IMG/VR virus record: IMGVR_UViG_3300030372_001749
Location: 1 to 59,518 of that record
Length of the DNA stretch: 59,518 bases
Source: a virus
Lineage: Duplodnaviria > Caudoviricetes
Direction: 5' to 3' (one strand)
Shown: positions 35,501 through 43,300 of the stretch, piece by piece
Position numbering within the stretch: the first letter of the stretch is position 1
How the letters are laid out: each line of letters begins with the position of its first letter
Made by a program: the position numbers and the translations under genes
The notes under the pieces: generated by a model
Database searches by the model: none
Seen by the model: only the letters and a program-made list of their open reading frames with translations
Told to the model about the DNA's origin: nothing

Positions 35501-35913
35501 GTAGGTATTTTTAAACCTTCTAAATTTAAATCCTTAGTCTCCTCAATACCTCTATCTTGTTCTTGTATTTTCGGTGAACCATCTGTAATAACATCTTCTT
35601 CGACTACGGCATCAACATCAACTTCTTTTTCGGAAGACTCCGATGTACCAATGTTTTCCTGAACGTCCTCGATAACAACATCCGTATCTTCCTCTTGAGA
35701 AATAGGTTGAGATTCGTCTTTTTTTTTTAAACCGAATAAATCAGATAAGTCTTCTTCAGAACCCTTATAACCTTGACTAACAAAATATTCATGTGTTTTT
35801 TCAAGGGCACTACTATTTGTATTTAATAATTCTTTATAGTCGTTTATATCTCCTTTGTAACCTTGATTAACAAAACTATTAAACCCTCTTGTTACAGCTT
35901 TTTCATTTGGCAT
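26563..35913 (-). CDS. Giant (3116 aa) polyvalent ejection/virion protein with zincin metallopeptidase and ART-like domains
   Basis: HEFGH plus downstream EEALA; YHGSP...IFLTP...AGFDG; position after the ejection genes; acidic C-tail. Confidence 0.8.
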   Translation of the reverse strand: MPNEKAVTRGFNSFVNQGYKGDINDYKELLNTNSSALEKTHEYFVSQGYKGSEEDLSDLFGLKKKDESQPISQEEDTDVVIEDVQENIGTSESSEKEVDVDAVVEEDVITDGSPKIQEQDRGIEETKDLNLEGLKIPTPENVRPTNESINPLTGNSYNINNMMEAASLKVAQEEWDKKYGVTTAQSEENIAGLEAAKEQELKNSAPEKHQEIEERYSELINQEKFEQTQATGSALRLTQKTREFDESLSRTPTEEEKLGTFTLVEEEQTSEPRSIFSLLSTIGMASSSSDVQRPKFKVDQKVSDDTINRVLGEYQTLAEQDVARYFIGDKATAEELNDIKTFQEFANKTLFDKGKTSREKYNILEEEYTRLQGKMDNTSFDKKLDVRAAYEGKNKKQYIIDLNDAELKNYELNGEGDVEMVKMLYTAKRKLDKYLANQPLIDSLNSDGSVNFKEGVDDSAKEVIKMDVKSLLNAVQAAEDNSIATYRDGVTEKRETFGKLVTRIRNAQAKLATLDKNSTEYKDLAARIKKTEADADKMRDEILAEGTQVTSILKTSPDEIIEQTKVAMELSPSARAAFSEKIEGLSSYEQFQRAYHQLREETNRLREEGGFSEGSILGAMGRGARRLLNVKELGLNVGKKEKEWLANRELLNNLAPILLTNTPGISKEDSNFFDAFGAAFAKGLVGESGIKSQTGMIQDQLRGLPELGVTADDYTEEDIVEQLEKITETDLDSFEFWGDMSGSTSAIVGTLGITKRGTGLKKMTTQDALVKRIAKNYNKAMDKNATRRFVKKALQQGVEFETAGIVFDNQQEELSFEGGFLGTLGGELIQKVAGKIPVSTLVKSVASKFGKEGKRAVYLIQRAGEIISRGQGEVAEETIQELTQLYNSNLGDQGFWEAATERFGDFDENMKFIVGSFAMGTAFGMMQPSDVKARYNKLNADQKKRVDDVINTIEDTQKEVVKETIEGEVKKEGKVEEVSEKTEVVYHGSPTPIEGGVIKKGQSGAIFLTPSKKYAEGYKGAGPEGTVTELTITEEKKNNLFDLRNEEHVERLKQGFLNNNEELEIEYDSKEDALKDYNNYVASMRKSAEGRDGLNDWAAGSQFMEHIENAGFDGALFVERPAGTIDEKAVISYALFDKEINKDSLIKTEEDASTKQGPTEVVEEEQTTVGGPVVEGDTESIITTGEGTTEAEIEKGVQETPTEILKTEVVEEFVDLTPKQKTAYKREAKKRMVANKQKTSKASVQKFAEGLHQKEVLIKKEASDLIEVLNNDATVQLQLDGKTVSEEKMNSLVKAAQAKMNEKLPELEEKAEVVDEPAPANVIPITITENTELANKVKKMGLKELVGKKINLVMADQLKVDEKALDKEGKPKQMGGPFFPLMDSLFGKVAWASIDTTAANKIIDGAIKGDYTVVFNMKPSALDSNTVNLNTLIEKVKTADNSVEIFEAMKEDVLGKKIKTNKKIQESKNIDEFAEGFAELGVDDRAKIFKAVLPSADVKADTKVGKLFQDKGISQESIRQENVEQFVSDLPMGAITTVLQVTDKKGNPITKATRSEALITPEQQKAEGLPSHTNYPIYIRGKAIGIMKETVPFWNLNKNYKNTIDLKTAGLIKKRETYKVDIDGEERVVKVSNNPNKTRTVTLIKKGETNKEESSEVIPKSTKTKTTTLITKKFGNIKDIKDIDKKITAKEARSNAYRSATMKASTAFEVTEPTAVQYTQFVRKLSKAFPSVEIVATEQEFDALLKDLNAKALSTKNQKIYGAVYEGKLFLNPALENFNTPVHEFGHIWLNTVKEGRPELYKKGMELVENSDYIQQIKDNADYQRVIKKMRKDGSTEEEINKYIREEALATAIGDQGEAFATAAQERSFKTWLKDLFDYVKKLVGISKVTAEQLQNMTFEEFVESVAVDLLSENELFVEAEVKSFSDALQLMSTPSSNTIDQVIKIGRDNNYSDEAIIEVLKEKKFKLKDINEAMEFKILNQVEPFNYQDTLPKEFMGIEGGITQAIKLYQDTMDKVSKFAIQGPRGGKGKPGVRTKTPKEIQVKALEIIKENPIYKKQSNETQQKIILGFQNNLKENLGVRFREKSVRKELENIKRNLKQIKITDKTIRTKQRELRQFIRASLPKDLGYSVAQINSFIKDIETTTPANFAVKVDKIIEKVKTQEKKIKSKLINDIRIFVKNNTTTKKTSSGNIRSKGKLDKEGIQFFKDMKPILKIILDGDIDKIEKLKQDFLDRQAEIDEIILKETLTVDEQKDLNTLVALDLLEGIQEKSLEEVKSIIKTLQDTAKDSRAQLKINKEVRAERRKKINEEASEQIKDTNPELYNKDGKILNDTEFNQRRKDIYKAFRQGKFVKGWKQFTKLFNYSRVSSSIETAKNQFRHLGTLTNLLDNATKGLNVFRKVIYDSLNNANEQELKGAFETRAKIDDIAKRVGVKEGYNGIKRLLFKGKNKTYSFRVKNTDTDNVEKIDFTPDELMRIYALSLNDVQRAKLEKQGIDDKKIAEIKEILGKEIVEFTDGLVEFLSNSYYEGVNNVYSSINNINLPKIDNYFPTQTERGDVTKDMVKQGEFNSIFQAETAPAFKARVDKESDIKLTASDFTQTLENHVMSMEKYKAYAIPVSNINAFMKNNDVSNLINRLQIRKVLNITINNTVNPYALSKEIIDNKFLNWMQNRFIGFSLAFKIVQIPKQATSFVNAYEDYSFFKKGSNVPAAVRTLIDPLMFTVDVASTYAGITKDIIGMVVPGVKGPIRKAMDVSATFRDRIEKGMKGEIYALESGQSLFKPVSQKMNRAGIIGRGFKTAAGLPTSIGDILGVMGYMVNFNRDIKNGMPLDEAVTKLNNYNATQQTRRGTEKAPIQLSKNYLTRTFTMFGSVVFLQINKALSSMTNIMRSIKQGEKPRRKDIRAFYLNVAIANALFIGVSNLSKLLMGDDEDQEEYWEKVQKALMGANLVYQMPVLGAAIEEWDLFERLIAGLDSEKEYKKKRKFNNAIINPFLSVGYQLTKDVKKYGNIWGSVKPITEIILGTRVDPFIGLFNLGIGSDTEDFEESMYDLLGISKSYRPGAGKKSASKKKSKKDKDSGDDEGMEFEEQEFIEEDISPEFDDVEFEEEEFIERE
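32286..32462 (-). CDS. Nested +1-frame gene, 58-aa basic protein MPVQSKAQLRWLRKNKPQWVDQWLKETPNPSSLPEKVRPKQRLKKVFKKRRQKSLRRK
   Basis: Read manually; A at -3/-6/-12/-13 of the ATG; double TAG stop; locally raised GC. Confidence 0.7.
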   Translation of the reverse strand: MPVQSKAQLRWLRKNKPQWVDQWLKETPNPSSLPEKVRPKQRLKKVFKKRRQKSLRRK

Positions 35914-35916
35914 GTC

Positions 35917-37596
35917 TTATGGTATTGATTGTGTTACCTTTTTATTAAACTCATTCATCTCGTCCTCACTAATATTATTATTATTATTATTATTAGTTAC
36001 ATTAGCGTTACCAGAATAAAATTTATTTATAACATCTAAAGCTTCTTTATTACCAATAGCTCTTAATTCATCTATAAATACATCTTCCGATTCTTGTTTA
36101 TTTTGTCCCGACCCTTTAGAGTCTGTAATATATACATTAACAAATCCACTAATATCTTGAGCGTTTTTTACAAACTCTTGATATTTACCCTTACTATCTT
36201 TAGCAAAAAATGATATACCTCCCCCGTCATTAATCTTAACTCTAACTGTATTGTTTTCATCACTCGCCGCTTGTGCCATCCTATCCTCTAAATCAGTTCT
36301 TAGTTTTTCTAATCTATCTTCTTCTTCAGGAGGTAAGTTGCCTTGTTTCAGTAGCTCTTGTATTTCCTTGTGCTCTCTATTAAAACGTAGCATCATCTGT
36401 GTAGTAGCTGTCTTTATTTCTGGTGTTTGTTTATTAAGATTTTTAGTAAAACTATAATTTCTATTACTTACTTTTTCTGCTTTTACTTTAAGTTTAGCAT
36501 TAAAAGAACCTAGGAGAGTACCTCGTGACCAATCTTTCACATTATTTACTTGCTCATCGGTAGGGAACGACTGTACCATACCTGAGTTTTTATTGTAGTC
36601 TCTAACTATAATAGGGTTTTCTTTTCCAGGATTATCTTTAGCAAACTTATTAAAATCATCCTGTGTCCCTAATTTAATAAGGTCTCCGTCTTTTGTTTTT
36701 ACACCATTATTAACCGCATAGGTAGCCGCAACAGATTTATCATAAACCATTTGATTAACTAAACCATCTAAAAGGGTTACAGCTTCTTCATGTCTTTCAC
36801 TATCCGTATCCCCTAAAGCCTCAAGAAATCTAAAATCAGCTGCTACTCTTTCTGTCTCTGTTAAGTCTCTATACCCACTTGTTGTTTGACCCGCAAAATC
36901 CATAGACAATGTTCCTAACTGTTTATTTAGGTCCTTTAAAACTTTAGTGACATCAATATTATTTGTCTCTTGATAAAGTAATCCTTCTAGCTGCTGTACC
37001 GTTGCAGACTCTCCTTCAATAGGTTTTCCATTCTCATCAAAAGTTAATACAGAAAGATTACCCATCCTATCGGCTACAAGTTTTTTATTATTTAAATTAT
37101 TAAACATTAATAATCTCTCCACATCATAAGCTTCCTCTAAAGAGCTTGTAGGTTTATTCGTTCCCGCTATTTTTGTTTTACGTCTTTTTGTAAACTCCTT
37201 CATTCTTTTATTGTATGCGTCAGCATAGCTCTTTATACTTTTAAACCCTGCACTAGCATTATTCTGTGTTAACGAAAACTCAGCTTCTGTAACAAGACCT
37301 CTTTTTAATAAGTTGTATTGAGAAGCTAACTGCTCACCTGTAGACATAACCCCTGAGTTTACCCACTGCTGTAGCGTACGTGTATCATACTTATTGTTAA
37401 GCTCTACTATTTTTTCTTGCTGCTCTCTATAAGACTTTTCAATAGCAGCTTTTCTTTTAGCTCTATTATCCTCAATATCGGTAAATGTCTTTGTGATATC
37501 CGTAGCAATCTGACCCCAGTTTAATTGCTCGTCTGCGGGATTAGCTCTTTCGTAAGTATCAAAATTTATACTAGGTTTTGTAAATGGATTTGCCAT
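35917..37596 (-). CDS. Putative internal virion/ejection protein
   Basis: Helical 559-aa ORF between tail genes and the giant protein. Confidence 0.6.
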   Translation of the reverse strand: MANPFTKPSINFDTYERANPADEQLNWGQIATDITKTFTDIEDNRAKRKAAIEKSYREQQEKIVELNNKYDTRTLQQWVNSGVMSTGEQLASQYNLLKRGLVTEAEFSLTQNNASAGFKSIKSYADAYNKRMKEFTKRRKTKIAGTNKPTSSLEEAYDVERLLMFNNLNNKKLVADRMGNLSVLTFDENGKPIEGESATVQQLEGLLYQETNNIDVTKVLKDLNKQLGTLSMDFAGQTTSGYRDLTETERVAADFRFLEALGDTDSERHEEAVTLLDGLVNQMVYDKSVAATYAVNNGVKTKDGDLIKLGTQDDFNKFAKDNPGKENPIIVRDYNKNSGMVQSFPTDEQVNNVKDWSRGTLLGSFNAKLKVKAEKVSNRNYSFTKNLNKQTPEIKTATTQMMLRFNREHKEIQELLKQGNLPPEEEDRLEKLRTDLEDRMAQAASDENNTVRVKINDGGGISFFAKDSKGKYQEFVKNAQDISGFVNVYITDSKGSGQNKQESEDVFIDELRAIGNKEALDVINKFYSGNANVTNNNNNNNISEDEMNEFNKKVTQSIP

Positions 37597-37664
37597 AGCT
37601 TATATTATTTTTATAGTTGACCTAAACCAATTTTATTGTGTTTTATTTTTCATTGTGTTAAACT

Positions 37665-38453
37665 TCAAAAAGTTATTTCACTACCTAATGGTATCGGATT
37701 AAAAGGACCTTGACCTAAACCAAATTGCGTTCCTATATCTTGTATAGCAGAAATATTAGTATCATAAGTTTCTTCAAAATCAAAATCTTTCCCTCCCTTC
37801 TCATTAGCAGTAGAAACTACATCTAGCATTTCTCCTAAAGTTTTATCTTCAAATCCTGGTTGACCTACTAATTTTTTTGCAGTATCAAAAGCTTGTCTAT
37901 CTGCTTTACTAGAACTAAATAATGGTATTAATGCATCAATACCTTTAGCCGCTGCTGTTACTCCTGTTATACCTGCCTGTACCTGTTGAGCTTTAAGTCG
38001 TTCAGCGTCACGTTGTCTTTGTGCCATCTCTCTTTTTTCCGCTACATCCATAGCTAAAAGTTGTTGGTTTATAGCGTCCCTAGATTGAGCTTTCATTTTA
38101 TCTAAGTTAAATAAATCTTCAGCCATACTAGTTCTAGTTTTTGCATCACGTTGTGTAGCGATAGCACCTACCCTACCAATACCTGCTGCTAATGCTCGTG
38201 GGTCAGCCTCCTGTAATGCCTCTACCTGTGTCTGAGATGAAGCTAATGTATTTTCAAAAGCTTGCTCATAAGCTTCCATAGGTAATGTTAATCCTTCAAA
38301 ATAATTTATTTCAGCTCTTTTTCTTGCGTCTTCTCTAAGTTTGTTTTGTTGTCTTTGGGCTTCATCTGCAGCCTTATCTTGTTGGTCTGCCTGATAAAAA
38401 CTATACGCAGCTGAGGCTACGCCACCTATTGCACCTATTAATGCTCCTACCAT
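37665..38453 (-). CDS. Putative DNA ejection (pilot-like) protein
   Basis: Gly/Ala hydrophobic N-terminus plus Gln/Ala coiled coil. Confidence 0.65.
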   Translation of the reverse strand: MVGALIGAIGGVASAAYSFYQADQQDKAADEAQRQQNKLREDARKRAEINYFEGLTLPMEAYEQAFENTLASSQTQVEALQEADPRALAAGIGRVGAIATQRDAKTRTSMAEDLFNLDKMKAQSRDAINQQLLAMDVAEKREMAQRQRDAERLKAQQVQAGITGVTAAAKGIDALIPLFSSSKADRQAFDTAKKLVGQPGFEDKTLGEMLDVVSTANEKGGKDFDFEETYDTNISAIQDIGTQFGLGQGPFNPIPLGSEITF

Positions 38454-38499
38454 ATATTTATTTTTTTAAATAATCTATTTATTGCAAAGATAACAATTT

Positions 38500-39366
38500 C
38501 TACGGAAAGCTTTGCATAACACTTGAACCAACGGAAAATAACTCTACCGCTGTAGTGTCCGAATTTTTTAGTGTAAAGTTTAAGTAATACCCTCTAGCTC
38601 CATGTGACTCCGCTACCGCATCTTTTATAAACAATATAAAATCTCCTACCGCTGGCACTATACCTGGGAAAGGTAAAGCTATTGGAGCTGCTGGTGCAGG
38701 TGGATAAGGACCTACAGTATCTACGGTAATAGAAGGTAAGGTAACCACACCTGTAGATGAGGTAATCTTATCCCTTACAAGGGCAGTAACTACACCAACA
38801 AATATTGGTGCACCCGTAACAGCTGGAGGTAAAACAGGTGTTGTAGAATATATAAAATCTCCCACACTCAATATACTTCCTATACTCTCCACATTAAAAT
38901 TTATTACAACAGCATTGGTTGGTCCTGTAATAGTGTTTACATTAGCTATACCATTTGCTGACCTGTCTCTAAAGTTAGTTTCTGTTTGTGTTGCCTCCCT
39001 TAAAAACGTAAACCACTCTCCCTCCTTCTGTACGAAGTATGTAGAAAGCATTGCTCCCGTATCTAAATCTGTAAACAAAGCGGTACACTCCCACGCAGCA
39101 CTACTCTCAAAAGACATTGTCTTAAATAATTTTATATCCATAGGCTGTACATTAAACACCCCTGTAATCTCAGACTGATATTGTTGTCCATAATAATTAT
39201 TACGTGTATCATTAGTGTTGTGTCTATATAAATCTCCTCCGTTCCACGAATAAAAAAAACCATTCATACCTGCCATATAGTCTGGTAGGTAATCATAGAA
39301 TGAAGGCCATCCTTTTGCATCCTCACTATAAGATACTGTATATGGTGTGCTTGTTGTATGTGACAT
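38500..39366 (-). CDS. Tail protein (nozzle/stabilisation C-terminal-like)
   Basis: GWPSFYDY...RNNYYG...KLFKTMSFES...KEGEWF. Confidence 0.65.
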   Translation of the reverse strand: MSHTTSTPYTVSYSEDAKGWPSFYDYLPDYMAGMNGFFYSWNGGDLYRHNTNDTRNNYYGQQYQSEITGVFNVQPMDIKLFKTMSFESSAAWECTALFTDLDTGAMLSTYFVQKEGEWFTFLREATQTETNFRDRSANGIANVNTITGPTNAVVINFNVESIGSILSVGDFIYSTTPVLPPAVTGAPIFVGVVTALVRDKITSSTGVVTLPSITVDTVGPYPPAPAAPIALPFPGIVPAVGDFILFIKDAVAESHGARGYYLNFTLKNSDTTAVELFSVGSSVMQSFP

Positions 39367-39381
39367 AACTTTATTTTAAAT

Positions 39382-40371
39382 TTAACATGCGGCTACCGCT
39401 GTGACTATTCCATTACTATCTACATCTACAAAATGATTTACTCCTGCTCCAGGTCCTATTAATACAGGATACCTTCCTGCAGGTAACTGTGTTACCCCAT
39501 TTACATCTACAAACGCCCAATCGTTTACACCTATTGTAGTAGAAACACCTGTTGCTGTAGCTACAGAGGCGGTAAAAATATTAGTGCTATGTACACCACA
39601 TCCTCCGCCAACTACTCCTGCAGTAAAACTATTTAAAGCTCTAGCACAGTTTACATCTATAAAGAAATCCGCATTCGGACATATAACATCTACCCTAAGA
39701 TTTAATATACTCTCTGGTATATTGGGTTTTGGTACAACCATTGTAAAATATCCAGGCACCCCACTAAATAAATCTACCTGCGAGGCGTTATATGGACCTA
39801 GATTTACTGGTATTAGGTTTCCTATATTATCTTCTTTAGGTACAAAATTTCCTGAGACTGTTTCATACTCATACTCAAACCCTGGGAAGGTTTGACTATT
39901 ACTTCCGCTATTACTTGTGATAACACCACCATTACATGTGTATGTTCCACCGTCTGCTGCAGAAAAATATTGCCCTATAATTCCTTGTTTATACCCATGG
40001 GTTACGCTACTATATTCTGAAGCAGTCAACCCATCATGAGTCCATGTTAACTGAGATGGTGTAGTGTTAGGATTAAATCTTAAAATAACCGCACCTGCAC
40101 CTGAGGTTAGGTTTACATTTAAAAAGTAACTACCTGGCGATGTACTGCCTGACATCCTTACAATAGAGGCACTTGTACAATCAATTAAACATGCAGGACA
40201 TTTAATAGGTGGACTTAATACATTAGCTGCTGACATAATTCTATATACCCCACCAAAAGAATATAAACCAGGAGGTGCTAAGGTAGTTAACGTAGAGTTC
40301 TGATATAACTGAGGAGCAGTAGCAAAATCATTGCCTGCCCAATATACTAATGTTGAATTATTACACGCCAT
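39382..40371 (-). CDS. Cys-containing tail/virion protein
   Basis: ORF in tail block; C-terminus resembles that of 40382-45760. Confidence 0.6.
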   Translation of the reverse strand: MACNNSTLVYWAGNDFATAPQLYQNSTLTTLAPPGLYSFGGVYRIMSAANVLSPPIKCPACLIDCTSASIVRMSGSTSPGSYFLNVNLTSGAGAVILRFNPNTTPSQLTWTHDGLTASEYSSVTHGYKQGIIGQYFSAADGGTYTCNGGVITSNSGSNSQTFPGFEYEYETVSGNFVPKEDNIGNLIPVNLGPYNASQVDLFSGVPGYFTMVVPKPNIPESILNLRVDVICPNADFFIDVNCARALNSFTAGVVGGGCGVHSTNIFTASVATATGVSTTIGVNDWAFVDVNGVTQLPAGRYPVLIGPGAGVNHFVDVDSNGIVTAVAAC

Positions 40372-40381
40372 ATTCTATTAT

Positions 40382-43300
40382 TTAACAGTTTCCTTCATCT
40401 ATTACGGTTCCTGCATTATCTAATTGTATCCATTTTTTTGTTCCTACCGATGGGGATACAGGGCTTACAATATAAAACCCTGGTGCCATTGTAGGTAAAC
40501 CACAACTTAACGTGGTATATACTATATCTCCTATCGTAGGTATACTCGAATTACCTGAAAAAGATACCTCAAAAGGTCTTTCAAATTTACCTGGAGTATC
40601 CACATCTGTTGTGCATGCTTGGGTCTGTATCTGACATTGTGGTCCTATATATACATTCTTACATACTGTTATACATGTACAGCATACATCATCTGCTGTG
40701 CTTCCTGCGGGACAGTAACAAACAGCTTGTGAAGATATTAATCTTAAATCCCATATGAGATATAGATATAGATTACCGTCAGGTATACTCATCGCTAACT
40801 CGGTAGCCTCAAAAGTATTAGCTACAGGATTAGATATAGGTCCTACCGTAGTGCTCGCTGCTAATAATGCATCAATATCTGCAACACTATTGGTATAGTG
40901 TGTGTTAGAAGATAATATTCTAAACCTATGTTTAGAAGGATTAAAATCAAAATCATCTACACCAAACTTTTCAGTTCGTAATGTTATGTTACTTCCTGTA
41001 TATGGGAAGACACCGACAGAGCGAATACCTATATTTTCTACATACTCTGCAGGCTGCGTAACTTTAAGCTGTGCCGAAGAGAAACCTGTAGATGGACTAA
41101 CCGTACTACCATCACTCCAGTTATAGTTTGTATGAATAAATTGACCTGCATAGTTATTACTATTTACCACTACCTGTACTACCCTAATCTCCTTTTCTTC
41201 AGGACACTCTACAATTACTTCATAGGTAGAAGAAACATTTGGGGTAACTAACACAGTACACGTAGTAGGAGTATTTAAAGTTTTACTAAAACTTAAAGTC
41301 CCTGGAATTGTAGCATTTAAAACAGAGGCTACCACAGAACCATTCCATGTAATACTTATGTTAACATCTCCTGAGCTTATGTGATATGGTATATTTATAG
41401 TACCTATAACCTCGCCTACCTCTACATCATACGTTATAGAGTTTGTACTTGACTCTTGATTTACTGCCTGCCCACAAGGTACCCTTTTTAAATCTACAGG
41501 AATAGTATTTAAATTAGTACCTAACACATACTCTTTCATGTATGGGTCATAACCTCCTAACTTTTGTGTGGTAAGCTGTTTGTTGAAAGTATCTCTAAAC
41601 CATGAGTTCATACCAGCAGTAGATATAACATTTAAGGCATCTCCTTTTCCTGTAGATTTTAGGTTTATGACAGCTCCTCTTTTAGCGTCAGTAAAATACA
41701 TATCATATCCCCACGCTACAAAGCTTTCAGGGTTATGGCTAATACCATACTCTTCGATTCTTGCTATTTGTTTTCCTAAAACCTGTGGTGTAGAAACAAT
41801 AGCTCCACCACCTACCGCATCACTAATAAGTGTTTTACCTACCTGTACGTATGTTATTCTATCCTCTTGTAATGTTAATATATCTGTCTGTCTTGCGTGT
41901 AATATCTGTATAGGACCAAAGTCTCTTTCATACTCTTGATAGTTTACTAAACCTAAGTTAAACTCATTTAAGTTATTTATATTAGCCGAGTTACTATACA
42001 CACCACTATATGTAATATCAGAGAACCTATCGGCCTCTACAAAATCCTGATTAGATACCGCCAATACACGCTCCCCTAAATTAAAAGGTTTACCTATAAT
42101 ACTATCATATATTCTATAACTTTCTACACCATTACCAAAGGAGTAACAGTTATATGCATCTAGTATAGTAACTAAGTTTTGTGTAGCAGTTTGGTTTTGG
42201 TCTGTTGGCTCTAAAGTATAAGACTGAGATACAGGGTCAAAGTTATGTTTTGCCTGATGAAAACCTCCCTCTATTTCTAATAGGTCTGATGCATCATAAA
42301 ATAGGTTAGCGTCTGCATCGTCAGGCACTGTTTCAAATACAAAGTCTACATCATTACGTTTTACTTCAATATTTAAATTAGCAAAAGCTGGGAATGCAGC
42401 AAATGATGTTTCACATGTTTTTAAATTACCCTGCACTACAAAGTATTGTAATCCCGATGCTGTGTTCTCTTGTATTCTACAAAGAACATTATATTCAAAA
42501 GAACCAAAACAAGCTTCACATGTAAATAAATGAGACGCTCCAATAGAACCAATACCAGGTATAAAACTATATAACACAACAGGACTAAAAGTGTAATTAC
42601 CTGCGTCAAATCCTATTGCCATACCGTCCGAAGTTACACCAGGGAGATTTGTAGTCATTGAATTTGTTAAGTCATCTCCTTGCGCCCAATCTCTAAAGGT
42701 ACTATAATCATATCCTGAAATAAATGACCTATCATAGCTAAGACTTCTAAAGCAGTCATCAGTACCTGGTCTTGTTATATTTAATTTTATAGTTATTTCA
42801 CTGCCTGCTGGTATAGTATAATTTTGGTTAGTGTTAGGGTCAAATAAAGGATAACCATAAGCAAATGTATTACTCGTTACATAGTTATTGTACGTAGTAC
42901 TTTGTAAAAAAAGAGGTAATAGAGGAGGGTTAAAAGATGGCTGAGTAAAAGGTGCAGGAGGTACAAGAGGGTTATTAAATGCATTACAAAAAGGTATAAA
43001 ACCTTGACCTCCAACTGGACTTAATGGTCCTGGTGGTACACTTACCTGTTGGTTGTTAACCCAGGTTTGAGTTCCATAATTAATAATGCTATTATCTGAT
43101 ATATCTGCATTCCATCCTTCTGCTTTTAAAAGCATATATAATCCTGCTAAAGAGTTTTGTGCAGTTGATATTCCTCCCCCTGAAAAAGCTTGAACATCTA
43201 AAACTACTGCCTTTACTTCGATATCAATAGGACCATTAGAATCTTTTTTTACAATTAACTCATCCCCTTTTTTAATTATATTAGCGTTTTGCCCTTCTAA

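Noticed and set aside
37600-37723. TGA read-through or recoding after gene 37665-38453 (TTGACCTAAACCAA repeated, second GLGQ in frame)
   Set aside because: Would need two read-throughs; TGA and TAG act as normal stops elsewhere. Probably a small local duplication.
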